Part shown: positions 37,547-47,196 of the stretch, piece by piece
Layout: the number at the start of each line of letters is the position of its first letter
How positions within the stretch are numbered: the stretch's first letter is position 1
Sequence record: OP197928
Source of the DNA: Shigella phage A2
Reading direction: 5' to 3' (one strand)
Length of the DNA: 64,000 bases
The notes under the pieces: generated by a model
Told to the model about the DNA's origin: nothing
What the model saw: only the letters and a program-made list of their open reading frames with translations
The model's database searches: none
Made by a program: the position numbers and the translations under genes

Positions 37547-38356
37547 ATGCTTAAAGAACAACTGATTGCTGAAGCGCAAAAAATTGATGCTTCCGTTGCT
37601 CTTGATAGTATTTTCGAATCAGTTAATATTTCTCCGGAAGCAAAAGAAACTTTCGGCACTGTATTCGAAGCTACCGTCAAGCAGCACGCCGTTAAATTAG
37701 CTGAATCTCATATCGCTAAAATTGCTGAAAAAGCAGAAGAAGAAGTAGAAAAAAATAAAGAAGAAGCCGAAGAAAAAGCTGAGAAGAAAATCGCTGAGCA
37801 AGCTTCTAAATTCATCGACCATCTTGCGAAAGAATGGCTCGCTGAAAATAAATTAGCAGTTGATAAAGGCATCAAAGCCGAACTGTTTGAATCCATGCTT
37901 GGTGGATTAAAAGAGCTCTTTGTTGAACACAACGTTGTTGTTCCAGAAGAATCAGTTGATGTTGTAGCTGAAATGGAAGAAGAGCTGCAAGAACATAAAG
38001 AAGAATCAGCTCGTCTGTTCGAAGAACTCAATAAGCGTGACGCATATATCAATTATGTGCAGCGTGAAGTGGCATTGAGCGAAAGTACTAAAGATCTGAC
38101 TGAGTCTCAAAAAGAAAAAGTCTCTGCTCTGGTCGAAGGTATGGATTATTCAGATGAATTCTCAAGTAAATTGAGTGCCATCGTAGAAATGGTGAAGAAG
38201 TCTAATAAAGATGAAAGCACTATTACTGAGGGTATAAATACTCCTGATACTGAAGCAGCCGGACTGAATTTCGTCACTGAAGCTGTAGAAGATAAAGCTG
38301 CACCTGGTGCAGAAGATATTGTAAGTGTATATGCGAAAGTCGCATCTCGTTTCTAA
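37547..38356 (+). CDS. 22: prohead core scaffold protein gp22
   Basis: 269 aa, highly acidic/helical (E/A/K-rich). Confidence 0.93.
   Translation: MLKEQLIAEAQKIDASVALDSIFESVNISPEAKETFGTVFEATVKQHAVKLAESHIAKIAEKAEEEVEKNKEEAEEKAEKKIAEQASKFIDHLAKEWLAENKLAVDKGIKAELFESMLGGLKELFVEHNVVVPEESVDVVAEMEEELQEHKEESARLFEELNKRDAYINYVQREVALSESTKDLTESQKEKVSALVEGMDYSDEFSSKLSAIVEMVKKSNKDESTITEGINTPDTEAAGLNFVTEAVEDKAAPGAEDIVSVYAKVASRF
38233..38240 (+). promoter_or_regulatory. late promoter TATAAATA inside 3' end of gene 22 (candidate gene 23 promoter)
   Basis: exact TATAAATA. Confidence 0.45.
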
Positions 38357-38374
38357 TTTTAAAGGTTAACACAA

Positions 38375-39940
38375 ATGACTATCAAAACTAAAGCTGAACT
38401 TTTGAACAAATGGAAACCATTACTGGAAGGTGAAGGTTTACCGGAAATTGCTAATAGCAAACAAGCGATTATCGCTAAAATCTTTGAAAACCAGGAAAAA
38501 GATTTCCAGACAGCTCCAGAGTACAAAGACGAAAAAATTGCTCAGGCGTTCGGTTCTTTCTTAACAGAAGCTGAAATCGGTGGTGATCACGGTTACAACG
38601 CTACTAACATTGCTGCTGGTCAGACTTCTGGCGCAGTAACTCAGATTGGCCCAGCTGTTATGGGTATGGTACGTCGTGCTATTCCTAACCTGATTGCTTT
38701 CGATATTTGTGGTGTTCAGCCGATGAACAGCCCGACTGGCCAGGTATTCGCACTGCGTGCAGTATATGGTAAAGACCCAATCGCTTCCGGTGCTAAAGAA
38801 GCATTCCACCCAATGTATGGTCCAGATGCAATGTTCTCTGGTCAGGGTGCTGCTAAGAAATTCCCAGCTTTGGCTGCTAGTACACAAACCGTTGTGGGTG
38901 ATATCTATACTCACTTCTTCCAGGAAACTGGTACTGTGTATCTGCAAGCTTCCGCTGTAGTAACAATCGATGCTAGTGCTAACGATGCAACTAAACTGGA
39001 TGCTGAAATTAAGAAACAAATGGAAGCTGGCGTACTGGTAGAAATCGCTGAAGGTATGGCTACTTCTATCGCTGAACTCCAGGAAGGTTTCAACGGTTCT
39101 ACCGATAACCCATGGAATGAAATGGGCTTCCGTATCGATAAACAAGTTATCGAAGCTAAATCTCGTCAGCTGAAAGCTGCTTACTCTATCGAATTAGCAC
39201 AAGACCTCCGCGCTGTTCACGGTATGGATGCTGATGCTGAACTGTCTGGTATTCTGGCTACCGAAATCATGCTGGAAATCAACCGCGAAGTTGTTGATTG
39301 GATTAACTACTCAGCTCAGGTTGGTAAATCTGGTATGACCCTGACTCCGGGTTCTAAAGCTGGCGTATTTGACTTCCAGGATCCGATTGATATTCGTGGT
39401 GCTCGCTGGGCGGGTGAATCCTTTAAAGCTCTGTTGTTCCAGATTGACAAAGAAGCAGTTGAAATTGCTCGTCAGACCGGTCGCGGTGAAGGTAACTTCA
39501 TTATCGCTTCCCGTAACGTAGTTAACGTTCTGGCTTCAGTTGATACTGGCATTTCTTATGCTGCACAGGGTCTGGCTACCGGCTTTAACACTGATACTAC
39601 CAAGTCAGTATTTGCTGGTGTTCTGGGTGGTAAATACCGTGTATATATCGACCAGTATGCTAAACAGGATTATTTCACTGTAGGTTATAAAGGTCCGAAC
39701 GAAATGGATGCTGGTATTTACTACGCTCCATATGTAGCTCTGACTCCGCTGCGTGGTTCCGATCCGAAGAACTTCCAACCAGTAATGGGATTCAAAACTC
39801 GTTACGGTATCGGTATCAACCCATTTGCAGAATCCGCTGCTCAGGCTCCGGCTTCTCGCATCCAGAGCGGTATGCCTTCTATTCTGAACAGCCTTGGTAA
39901 GAACGCTTACTTCCGCCGTGTATATGTTAAAGGTATCTAA
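38375..39940 (+). CDS. 23: major capsid protein gp23
   Basis: 521 aa; N-terminal propeptide ending ...FLTEAE|IGGDHGYNATNIAAGQ (gp21 cleavage site) recognised as T4 gp23. Confidence 0.98.
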   Translation: MTIKTKAELLNKWKPLLEGEGLPEIANSKQAIIAKIFENQEKDFQTAPEYKDEKIAQAFGSFLTEAEIGGDHGYNATNIAAGQTSGAVTQIGPAVMGMVRRAIPNLIAFDICGVQPMNSPTGQVFALRAVYGKDPIASGAKEAFHPMYGPDAMFSGQGAAKKFPALAASTQTVVGDIYTHFFQETGTVYLQASAVVTIDASANDATKLDAEIKKQMEAGVLVEIAEGMATSIAELQEGFNGSTDNPWNEMGFRIDKQVIEAKSRQLKAAYSIELAQDLRAVHGMDADAELSGILATEIMLEINREVVDWINYSAQVGKSGMTLTPGSKAGVFDFQDPIDIRGARWAGESFKALLFQIDKEAVEIARQTGRGEGNFIIASRNVVNVLASVDTGISYAAQGLATGFNTDTTKSVFAGVLGGKYRVYIDQYAKQDYFTVGYKGPNEMDAGIYYAPYVALTPLRGSDPKNFQPVMGFKTRYGIGINPFAESAAQAPASRIQSGMPSILNSLGKNAYFRRVYVKGI

Positions 39941-39953
39941 TCTTTGACGATTT

Positions 39954-39985
39954 AAGGGACCTTCGGGTCCCTTTAGTTGTTTTTA
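39954..39985 (+). terminator. UUCG-tetraloop terminator after gene 23
   Basis: aagggacc-ttcg-ggtccctt followed by tagttgttttt. Confidence 0.7.
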
Positions 39986-39988
39986 TGG

Positions 39989-39996
39989 TATAAATA
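39989..39996 (+). promoter_or_regulatory. late promoter TATAAATA for gene 24
   Basis: exact TATAAATA 28 nt upstream of gene 24 ATG. Confidence 0.6.
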
Positions 39997-40023
39997 AATC
40001 ATATAAACTGAAAGGAAAGCGCA

Positions 40024-41307
40024 ATGGCTAAAATCAACGAACTTCTGCGCGAATCAACCACAACGAATAGCAACTCAATCGGTCGCCCAAATCTCGTTGC
40101 TTTGACTCGCGCTACCACTAAATTAATATATTCTGACATTGTAGCAACGCAAAGAACTAATCAACCTGTTGCTGCTTTTTATGGTATCAAATACCTTAAC
40201 CCAGACAATGAATTTACATTTAAAACTGGTGCTACTTATGCTGGCGAAGCTGGATATGTAGACCGAGAACAAATCACAGAATTAACAGAAGAGTCTAAAT
40301 TAACTCTCAATAAAGGCGATTTATTCAAATATAATAATATCGTTTATAAAGTATTAGAAGATACACCATTTGCTGATATTGAAGAAAGTGATTTAGAATT
40401 AGCTCTTCAGATTGCAATTGTTCTTTTAAAGGTTCGTCTATTTTCTGACGCAGCGTCAACAAGCAAATTTGAAAGCTCTGATAGCGAAATTGCAGATGCT
40501 AGATTCCAGATTAATAAATGGCAAACCGCCGTTAAATCTCGTAAACTTAAAACTGGTATCACAGTTGAATTAGCACAAGATTTAGAAGCAAATGGATTCG
40601 ATGCTCCTAATTTCTTGGAAGATTTGCTTGCAACTGAAATGGCAGATGAAATCAATAAAGATATTCTGCAGTCTTTGATTACAGTATCAAAACGTTATAA
40701 AGTTACAGGAATTACTGATACTGGATTCATTGATTTGAGTTATGCATCTGCACCTGAAGCTGGTCGTTCATTATACCGAATGGTATGTGAAATGGTTTCG
40801 CATATCCAAAAAGAATCAACTTATACAGCAACGTTTTGTGTTGCTTCAGCTCGTGCCGCTGCGATTCTTGCTGCATCAGGTTGGTTAAAACATAAACCAG
40901 AAGATGATAAATATCTTTCACAAAATGCCTATGGGTTTTTAGCTAATGGTTTACCACTTTATTGCGATACTAACAGCCCATTAGATTATGTAATCGTTGG
41001 CGTAGTAGAAAATATCGGTGAAAAAGAAATTGTTGGATCAATTTTCTATGCTCCGTATACAGAAGGTCTCGACTTAGATGACCCTGAACATGTAGGTGCA
41101 TTTAAAGTTGTTGTTGATCCAGAAAGCTTGCAACCGTCTATCGGTTTATTAGTTAGATATGCTTTATCTGCAAATCCTTACACCGTAGCAAAAGATGAAA
41201 AAGAAGCAAGAGTAATTGATGGTGGAGACATGGATAAAATGGCGGGTCGTTCAGATTTGTCTGTTTTATTAGGTGTTAAGCTACCAAAAATTATCATTGA
41301 TGAATAA
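40024..41307 (+). CDS. 24: head vertex protein gp24
   Basis: 427 aa (T4 gp24 length); gp23 paralog. Confidence 0.95.
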   Translation: MAKINELLRESTTTNSNSIGRPNLVALTRATTKLIYSDIVATQRTNQPVAAFYGIKYLNPDNEFTFKTGATYAGEAGYVDREQITELTEESKLTLNKGDLFKYNNIVYKVLEDTPFADIEESDLELALQIAIVLLKVRLFSDAASTSKFESSDSEIADARFQINKWQTAVKSRKLKTGITVELAQDLEANGFDAPNFLEDLLATEMADEINKDILQSLITVSKRYKVTGITDTGFIDLSYASAPEAGRSLYRMVCEMVSHIQKESTYTATFCVASARAAAILAASGWLKHKPEDDKYLSQNAYGFLANGLPLYCDTNSPLDYVIVGVVENIGEKEIVGSIFYAPYTEGLDLDDPEHVGAFKVVVDPESLQPSIGLLVRYALSANPYTVAKDEKEARVIDGGDMDKMAGRSDLSVLLGVKLPKIIIDE

Positions 41308-41310
41308 AAC

Positions 41311-41332
41311 AAAGGGACCTTTCGGTCCCTTT
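41311..41332. terminator. bidirectional hairpin terminator between gene 24 (+) and rnlB (-)
   Basis: aaagggacc-tttc-ggtcccttt with T/A tracts on both sides. Confidence 0.65.
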
Positions 41333-41336
41333 TTAT

Positions 41337-42341
41337 TTAACTTACCAATTCAATCCAAGCCGGACGAAGTACATCTTGTACCATTTTAACTAATTCCTTT
41401 TTAATCAAAGAAGGATTATCCGCTTGAGTTAGAGTAATACCTTCACGAGAAGTTTCTTCCAAAATATCTTGAACAGTTAGTCCCATCACCTTTCCAAAAT
41501 CTTTTGGACCAATTTCGCCAATTTTAGAAATAACGTTATTTACTCGGTTTAGTGTAACGTAACAAGCTAAAATCCCCACCAATTTGTTATCAGCTTCTGA
41601 TAGTTCAACTTTAGCTTTAATAGGCTTATCAGACTTTTTCTTTTCACTAAATTTAGAATTCTTGCATTTGATGGCTACACGATTGCGATTAGGCAGCCAA
41701 GAAGGATAACAAGGTTTCAATACATATCCTTCAGCGGTAAATACTTCGCCTTTGGCTTCAGCTTTCCAAACACATTTATTAGCGTCAATTAAACCTGCAT
41801 TATCTACGGTAAAATTATAAGACGGAACAACAGAATCCAAATCATTTGGAAGTTTAATAAGATCTTCAAATTTACCACGACCCAAAAGTGGAGCGATTTT
41901 AAACCCAAATGAATTACAAAACGATTCCATCATGTAATCATCGACATAAGTCACATCGCCACTTTCTGTAGTGACAATAATGTCAAATACATAAAAATCT
42001 TTATCGCCATAATCAACATTCTTCTGAATGCCAGGTCCAGCGAATTCGCCAAAGACTTGATAAGATACAACCGCTGAAGTTTCCATAATATCTTGGACAG
42101 CTTTAATAGAATCTTCGTAATTCTTTAGAATAATTTCATACCCAAAGAAATCTTCAGCAGGAAGAATCGGTCCAGTACGTTTAGCGCAAGTTACTTTATC
42201 ACGCTCAATAATCAAAGAAAAGTTTGTTCCATGAATTTTTTCACGAGCTACCCATTCGCCGCCAGTCAATCCCAAGCTATAAAGTTTTTCAATAAATTTA
42301 GAGTTGTAATGATTTTCAAGACTGCTATACTTTTTAAACAT
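41337..42341 (-). CDS. rnlB: RNA ligase 2
   Basis: 334 aa; nucleotidyltransferase motif I KIHGTN (lysine adenylylation site). Confidence 0.93.
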   Translation of the reverse strand: MFKKYSSLENHYNSKFIEKLYSLGLTGGEWVAREKIHGTNFSLIIERDKVTCAKRTGPILPAEDFFGYEIILKNYEDSIKAVQDIMETSAVVSYQVFGEFAGPGIQKNVDYGDKDFYVFDIIVTTESGDVTYVDDYMMESFCNSFGFKIAPLLGRGKFEDLIKLPNDLDSVVPSYNFTVDNAGLIDANKCVWKAEAKGEVFTAEGYVLKPCYPSWLPNRNRVAIKCKNSKFSEKKKSDKPIKAKVELSEADNKLVGILACYVTLNRVNNVISKIGEIGPKDFGKVMGLTVQDILEETSREGITLTQADNPSLIKKELVKMVQDVLRPAWIELVS

Positions 42342-42350
42342 AATTAATCC

Positions 42351-42629
42351 TCAAAATGTAATTTCTAACCAATCACCATCACGCTGATCACTATTGACTT
42401 TAAAGCTGAATCCTTCTTTTCTCAGCCAATCACCAATTTCTTCAGTAATCAATTTATCGCGAGCAGTACAATAATAACTAAAATATGTTTTACCTTGTTC
42501 AGCTGCTTTATTAGCAAGTTCTGAAAAATCTTTAATAAAACACTCTAGCTTAAACTGTTTACTTTTTAATGCTTTTTCACGTAATTGATTAGCAAAAGAT
42601 TCATTTTCATAAAGATCATACTGTTCCAT
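42351..42629 (-). CDS. hypothetical protein (24.2 position)
   Basis: 92-aa ORF. Confidence 0.55.
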   Translation of the reverse strand: MEQYDLYENESFANQLREKALKSKQFKLECFIKDFSELANKAAEQGKTYFSYYCTARDKLITEEIGDWLRKEGFSFKVNSDQRDGDWLEITF

Positions 42630-42831
42630 TTTTCACCTTTTTATTAATATGTCTTTTTCTATAGACAACTTTTTCTCGAGTTTCAAATTTATTCTTAGCA
42701 GTCATAGCTCGAGCCCATAATACAGCCACTTCTTTCGCCTGTAAGTTTAATTCACGAGCAATTTCAATGAATGACTTTCCAGACTCATGAAGAGTAAACA
42801 CCACAACCTCAGTTCTCATAATCAATCTCAT
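42616..42831 (-). CDS. hypothetical small protein, possible HTH (24.3 position)
   Basis: 71-aa ORF; segment GKSFIEIARELNLQAKEVA resembles a helix-turn-helix. Confidence 0.5.
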   Translation of the reverse strand: MRLIMRTEVVVFTLHESGKSFIEIARELNLQAKEVAVLWARAMTAKNKFETREKVVYRKRHINKKVKNGTV

Positions 42832-42899
42832 GTTATCGAGTTGGTGCCATTATATACATCATTTTCTGATTGTGTTTTGTGTGCTTTCAAAATGAAGAA

Positions 42900-42915
42900 A
42901 GGGGCCGAAGCCCCT
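42900..42915 (-). terminator. UUCG-tetraloop hairpin terminator downstream of hoc
   Basis: aggggccgaagcccct (on minus RNA AGGGGC-UUCG-GCCCCU) followed by U-rich tract; identical 16-mer also at 1907-1922 and 63554-63569. Confidence 0.6.
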
Positions 42916-42920
42916 TATGA

Positions 42921-44342
42921 TTATGGATAGGTATAGATGATACCAGTTTCTAAAGCAGTTTTATGAATGATGTATCCATTACGTGATTCTTGAACATCAA
43001 CTTCTGGATAGTCTTTCATCATCTTCTGAAGCGTATAACGATGCAAGTAGTATTTACTATCTGGATCGTCAGTTTTCCAATCTTTACCTTCTTCGGTCAT
43101 TTTTTGGATTTCATCCATAACCCACCAACCACACCAGATGTAAGCTGAAGTACGATGTGGAAGAGGATGAACATAAGGTAATTCACCTTCTGGCTCTGGA
43201 GCAACTTTATCAGTTACCTGAACTTGACCTTCCGCCGTAATAGTTTTGCTATCATAATCAGCAGCAGCAGTAACAGTTGCAGTAACTTCAATAGTTTGAC
43301 TTCCAATAGATGAGGTATCAACGGTATATACATTAGTTGACCCTTCTACAGGAGAAGAATCTTTCTTCCATGAATACGCAATTTGCGCTTCTTCTGGAGC
43401 ATCAGTGACATTAGCAGTAAATGTAGCCGAAGCATCTTGTTGAACGTTAATAGAAGGAGGAGTCAATGTAACCTGTGGATTCATTGTCTTCTTATTAACT
43501 GTTAATGATACTTCATTCGAAGTAACTTCCTTTTCATTGTAATTTTCAGCAGTTACTTGGGCTACGCATTTAATTCTTTTTACTCCACTTGTAGTTGGAG
43601 TATAGCTAAATGTAGAGTTAGTTTCTCCACCAACTTGTGAATCATCTACATACCACTGATACGTAGCAGATGCTCCATCAGGTTGAGAAGCTAAGGCAGC
43701 AGTAAATTGAACTGGTGTTCCAATTACTCCAGCTGAAGGACTATCGGGAGTTACTGCCAAAGTAGTTGTCTGTGTCTTTTTATTAACAGTCAATGACACT
43801 TCATTAGAAGTAACTTCTTTTGCATCATAATCTGTCGCGGTTACTTGAGCCACACACTTGATTGTTTTAACTCCGCTTGTGTCAGGAGTGTAATTGAATG
43901 TAGCGCTAGTCGCTTCGCTCACAGGAGAACCGTCAACGTACCATTGATACGTAGCAGATGCGCCTGATGGCTGCGAAGCCAAAGCAGCGGTAAATTCAAC
44001 AGCTGTTCCGATTACTCCTTCCGGAGGACTATTAGGAGTTACGGCTAAGGTAGTCGTCTGTGTCTTATTTTGAACTGTGATAGTTGTACTAATTTCAGCT
44101 GTTTCGGGACTACTATCGGCAACTTGATTTGTTGCAACTACTTTAATAGTCTTTTGACCGGCAGGTCCTTTTAATACATAACTAAAAGTTGCTTCAGCTC
44201 CATCTTGTGGAACATCATCAACAGTCCAAGCATATGTAATAGGTCCATCTCCAGTTTGACCACTGGGCGTAGCAGTAAACTGCTGAGTCTGATCTATAAC
44301 TCCAGTAGGTGTTTTAGGAGTTATATCAACTGTAAAAGCCAT
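42921..44342 (-). CDS. hoc: highly immunogenic outer capsid protein Hoc, 4 Ig-like domains
   Basis: 473 aa (T4 Hoc is about 376 aa); four Ig-like repeats of about 96 aa then a capsid-binding C-terminus; repeats 2 and 3 are near-identical. Confidence 0.9.
   Translation of the reverse strand: MAFTVDITPKTPTGVIDQTQQFTATPSGQTGDGPITYAWTVDDVPQDGAEATFSYVLKGPAGQKTIKVVATNQVADSSPETAEISTTITVQNKTQTTTLAVTPNSPPEGVIGTAVEFTAALASQPSGASATYQWYVDGSPVSEATSATFNYTPDTSGVKTIKCVAQVTATDYDAKEVTSNEVSLTVNKKTQTTTLAVTPDSPSAGVIGTPVQFTAALASQPDGASATYQWYVDDSQVGGETNSTFSYTPTTSGVKRIKCVAQVTAENYNEKEVTSNEVSLTVNKKTMNPQVTLTPPSINVQQDASATFTANVTDAPEEAQIAYSWKKDSSPVEGSTNVYTVDTSSIGSQTIEVTATVTAAADYDSKTITAEGQVQVTDKVAPEPEGELPYVHPLPHRTSAYIWCGWWVMDEIQKMTEEGKDWKTDDPDSKYYLHRYTLQKMMKDYPEVDVQESRNGYIIHKTALETGIIYTYP
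43485..44066. repeat. tandem direct repeat, 2 x 291 bp, inside hoc (duplicated Ig-like domain)
   Basis: Units 43485-43775 and 43776-44066 align along their whole length with many substitutions; encode KTQTTTLAVTP[D/N]SP...EVTSNEVSLTVNK twice. Confidence 0.8.
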
Positions 44343-44351
44343 AAGTTATCC

Positions 44352-45032
44352 TTATTTTAATGTTACGAAAGAAGAATTGCGTGTTTCACGAATTAAAACT
44401 GATCCGTCACGGTTAATGTAATAAATTAAGCTAAATAATGTTTGGTGTGCAGAAGCATGCTCAAAACTAGTTGGGTGAGATTTCCAATCCGGAGTTTCAG
44501 CGATCCATTGATAAATCCACCAAGGAACAGTACAGAATCCTGGATTTTTTCCAATCAACTGAAGATTCGGGCTAAAGTTTTCCGGAAGAGTAAATACAGA
44601 CGGCTTTTCAGATTCAATAATCTCAGCTACAGCCTGTTCGAATTTTTCTTCAACAAAAGGAGTATCTTCAATCAAAACATCGGTATTTTCAGGAATTTTA
44701 TCCGTTTCTACTACTTCAATTTTAATGTCAGATTTAACTGGAGAATCAATCAAAAGTGCTGCTTCTGGATTGACTTCTTCATCGTCATATTTTAATCCCT
44801 CTGCAGCATCAGCAGCATCAATTAAGTCTTTAATAGATAACCCATCAGTCTCTGGCATAGGTTCACTAGCGAGCTTCTGGAGGGCTTCTTCAATATCAAC
44901 AACGATATTATCAAAAGATTTATTCTTTTTGACCTTTATACCAAACTGTTCAGCATATTCAGCTAATTTAGCTTTAGCTTCTTTATTATCATCAAGAGCC
45001 TTCAGCTCTGCAATATAATCTTTATCTATCAT
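44352..45032 (-). CDS. inh: inhibitor of prohead protease
   Basis: 226 aa; position between hoc and uvsW. Confidence 0.85.
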   Translation of the reverse strand: MIDKDYIAELKALDDNKEAKAKLAEYAEQFGIKVKKNKSFDNIVVDIEEALQKLASEPMPETDGLSIKDLIDAADAAEGLKYDDEEVNPEAALLIDSPVKSDIKIEVVETDKIPENTDVLIEDTPFVEEKFEQAVAEIIESEKPSVFTLPENFSPNLQLIGKNPGFCTVPWWIYQWIAETPDWKSHPTSFEHASAHQTLFSLIYYINRDGSVLIRETRNSSFVTLK

Positions 45033-45045
45033 AATATTTCCTCAG

Positions 45046-45053
45046 TATAAATA
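45046..45053 (+). promoter_or_regulatory. late promoter TATAAATA upstream of uvsW
   Basis: exact TATAAATA 30 nt upstream of uvsW ATG. Confidence 0.5.
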
Positions 45054-45082
45054 TAGATATATTTATTACATGGTATTTAGAC

Positions 45083-46594
45083 ATGACTGACATTAAAGTA
45101 CATTTTTATGATTTTAGTCACGTGAGAATTGATTGTGAAGAAAGTACATTTCATGAACTCCGTGATTTCTTTAGCTTTGAAGCTGATGGGTATCGTTTTA
45201 ATCCGAAATACAAATATGGCCACTGGGATGGACGAATCCGTCTTTTAGATTATAATCGTCTTCTTCCATTCGGCTTAGTCGGGCAAATTAAAAAGTTCTG
45301 TGATAACTTTGGCTATAAAGCCTGGATTGACCCACAAATTAACGAAAAAGAAGAATTATCAAGAAAAGATTTTGATGAATGGCTTTCTAAATTAGAAATC
45401 TATTCAGGAAATAAAAGAATTGAACCACACTGGTATCAAAAAGATGCAGTGTTCGAAGGATTAGTCAATCGTCGTAGAATTCTTAATCTTCCAACATCCG
45501 CTGGTAAATCGTTAATTCAAGCTTTGCTTGCGCGATATTATTTGGAAAATTATGAAGGTAAAATTCTTATCATTGTTCCAACAACTGCTCTAACAACTCA
45601 GATGGCTGATGACTTCGTTGACTATCGTTTATTCAGTCATGCAATGATAAAGAAAATTGGTGGCGGAGCATCAAAAGATGATAAATATAAAAATGATGCA
45701 CCAGTCGTTGTTGGTACATGGCAAACTGTAGTAAAACAACCGAAAGAATGGTTCTCACAGTTTGGAATGATGATGAATGATGAATGCCATCTTGCTACAG
45801 GAAAAAGTATTTCATCTATCATATCAGGTTTAAATAACTGTATGTTTAAATTTGGTTTGTCTGGTTCATTACGTGATGGCAAAGCTAATATCATGCAGTA
45901 TGTTGGAATGTTTGGTGAAATATTTAAGCCAGTAACGACCTCTAAATTAATGGAAGATGGACAAGTAACTGAGTTAAAAATTAATAGTATTTTTCTTCGC
46001 TATCCCGATGAGTTCACTACTAAATTAAAGGGAAAAACTTACCAAGAAGAAATAAAAATTATTACGGGGCTTAGTAAAAGAAATAAATGGATCGCTAAAT
46101 TAGCTATTAAGCTTGCGCAAAAAGATGAAAACGCTTTTGTCATGTTTAAGCATGTATCACATGGTAAAGCTATTTTCGATTTAATTAAAAATGAATACGA
46201 TAAAGTTTATTACGTATCAGGGGAAGTTGATACCGAAACCCGCAATATAATGAAAACCTTAGCTGAAAACGGTAAAGGAATAATTATAGTAGCTAGTTAT
46301 GGTGTATTTTCTACTGGTATTTCAGTTAAAAATCTGCATCACGTTGTTTTAGCACACGGTGTTAAATCTAAAATTATTGTATTGCAAACAATAGGTCGCG
46401 TATTACGTAAGCATGGTTCTAAAACAATCGCAACAGTCTGGGACCTCATCGATGATTGTGGTGTTAAGCCAAAATCTGCTAATACGAAAAAGAAATATGT
46501 TCATTTGAACTATCTTTTAAAACACGGCATTGATCGTATTCAGCGCTACGCAGATGAAAAATTTAATTACGTAATGAAAACAGTTAATTTATAA
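45083..46594 (+). CDS. uvsW: UvsW DNA/RNA helicase (SF2)
   Basis: 503 aa; Walker A TSAGKS, DEAH-like DECH box, helicase motif VI QTIGRVLR. Confidence 0.95.
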   Translation: MTDIKVHFYDFSHVRIDCEESTFHELRDFFSFEADGYRFNPKYKYGHWDGRIRLLDYNRLLPFGLVGQIKKFCDNFGYKAWIDPQINEKEELSRKDFDEWLSKLEIYSGNKRIEPHWYQKDAVFEGLVNRRRILNLPTSAGKSLIQALLARYYLENYEGKILIIVPTTALTTQMADDFVDYRLFSHAMIKKIGGGASKDDKYKNDAPVVVGTWQTVVKQPKEWFSQFGMMMNDECHLATGKSISSIISGLNNCMFKFGLSGSLRDGKANIMQYVGMFGEIFKPVTTSKLMEDGQVTELKINSIFLRYPDEFTTKLKGKTYQEEIKIITGLSKRNKWIAKLAIKLAQKDENAFVMFKHVSHGKAIFDLIKNEYDKVYYVSGEVDTETRNIMKTLAENGKGIIIVASYGVFSTGISVKNLHHVVLAHGVKSKIIVLQTIGRVLRKHGSKTIATVWDLIDDCGVKPKSANTKKKYVHLNYLLKHGIDRIQRYADEKFNYVMKTVNL

Positions 46595-46608
46595 GGGCTT
46601 CGGCCCTT
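46593..46608 (+). terminator. UUCG-tetraloop hairpin after uvsW
   Basis: aagggc-ttcg-gccctt overlapping the uvsW stop. Confidence 0.5.
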
Positions 46609-46619
46609 TGGAGAAAAAG

Positions 46620-46850
46620 ATGTTACTAGAATTTAAACAATTTCTTTATGAAGCTTCTATTGATGAATTTATGGGTAAAATTGCCTCTTGTCAAACGATA
46701 GAAGGTCTAGAAGAACTTGAAGCTTATTATAAGAAAAGAGTTAAAGAAACTGAATTAAAAGATACTGATGACATCTCAGTCAGAGATGCTTTGGCAGGAA
46801 AAAGAGCTGAATTAGAAGATTCAGACGATGAAGTAGAAGAAAGTTTTTAA
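46620..46850 (+). CDS. uvsW.1: UvsW.1 small acidic protein
   Basis: Start at ATG 46620 (MLLEFKQFLYEA..., 76 aa) with SD GGAG; track ORF begins at a TTG 12 nt upstream. Confidence 0.8.
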   Translation: MLLEFKQFLYEASIDEFMGKIASCQTIEGLEELEAYYKKRVKETELKDTDDISVRDALAGKRAELEDSDDEVEESF

Positions 46851-46905
46851 ATTAAAAAAGGCCCAACCAAAAAGGAAGGGCCAAAACTATAGACTAAAGG
46901 TCACA

Positions 46906-47073
46906 CTATAGCAAAAGTTGTGTTTCATTTAATTGTTCTTCCGAACTTTCTGAAACTGGTAGTTCTTTAATGTAATTATAACAAGGCCCAGGATGTACAG
47001 GACCTTTGTCTGTTTCAACAACCAATGCAGAATCGATTGGAGTTTTACAGACAACGCAAATCTTATCTGACAT
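46906..47073 (-). CDS. hypothetical small Cys-containing protein (uvsY.-2 position)
   Basis: Hand-translated 55 aa: MSDKICVVCKTPIDSALVVETDKGPVHPGPCYNYIKELPVSESSEEQLNETQLLL; CxxC and PCY motifs; late promoter upstream. Confidence 0.5.
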   Translation of the reverse strand: MSDKICVVCKTPIDSALVVETDKGPVHPGPCYNYIKELPVSESSEEQLNETQLLL

Positions 47074-47098
47074 GATTGTCTCCTCTGAATTATATATC

Positions 47099-47106
47099 TA
47101 TTTATA
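47099..47106 (-). promoter_or_regulatory. late promoter TATAAATA (minus strand)
   Basis: plus-strand tatttata 26 nt upstream of small ORF ATG 47073. Confidence 0.5.
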
Positions 47107-47196
47107 ACCCCATCTTAAAGCGCATTTCTTGTACACGCTTTAAACATGCTTCCATTTCTGCTAAAAGTCTAAATACTTCTTTATAATTTGTCATAT

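Noticed and set aside
37708-38052. 114-aa Ser-rich ORF antisense to scaffold gene 22
   Set aside because: Mirror image of the E/A/K-rich gp22 codons; low complexity, no independent support.
38561-39145. 194-aa ORF antisense to the major capsid gene 23
   Set aside because: Lies entirely inside the recognised gp23 coding sequence on the opposite strand; Cys/Ser/Thr-rich low-complexity translation, no start context; typical antisense artefact of a highly expressed gene.
45637-45894. 85-aa ORF antisense inside uvsW
   Set aside because: Embedded in the recognised helicase gene on the opposite strand; no motifs or start signals.
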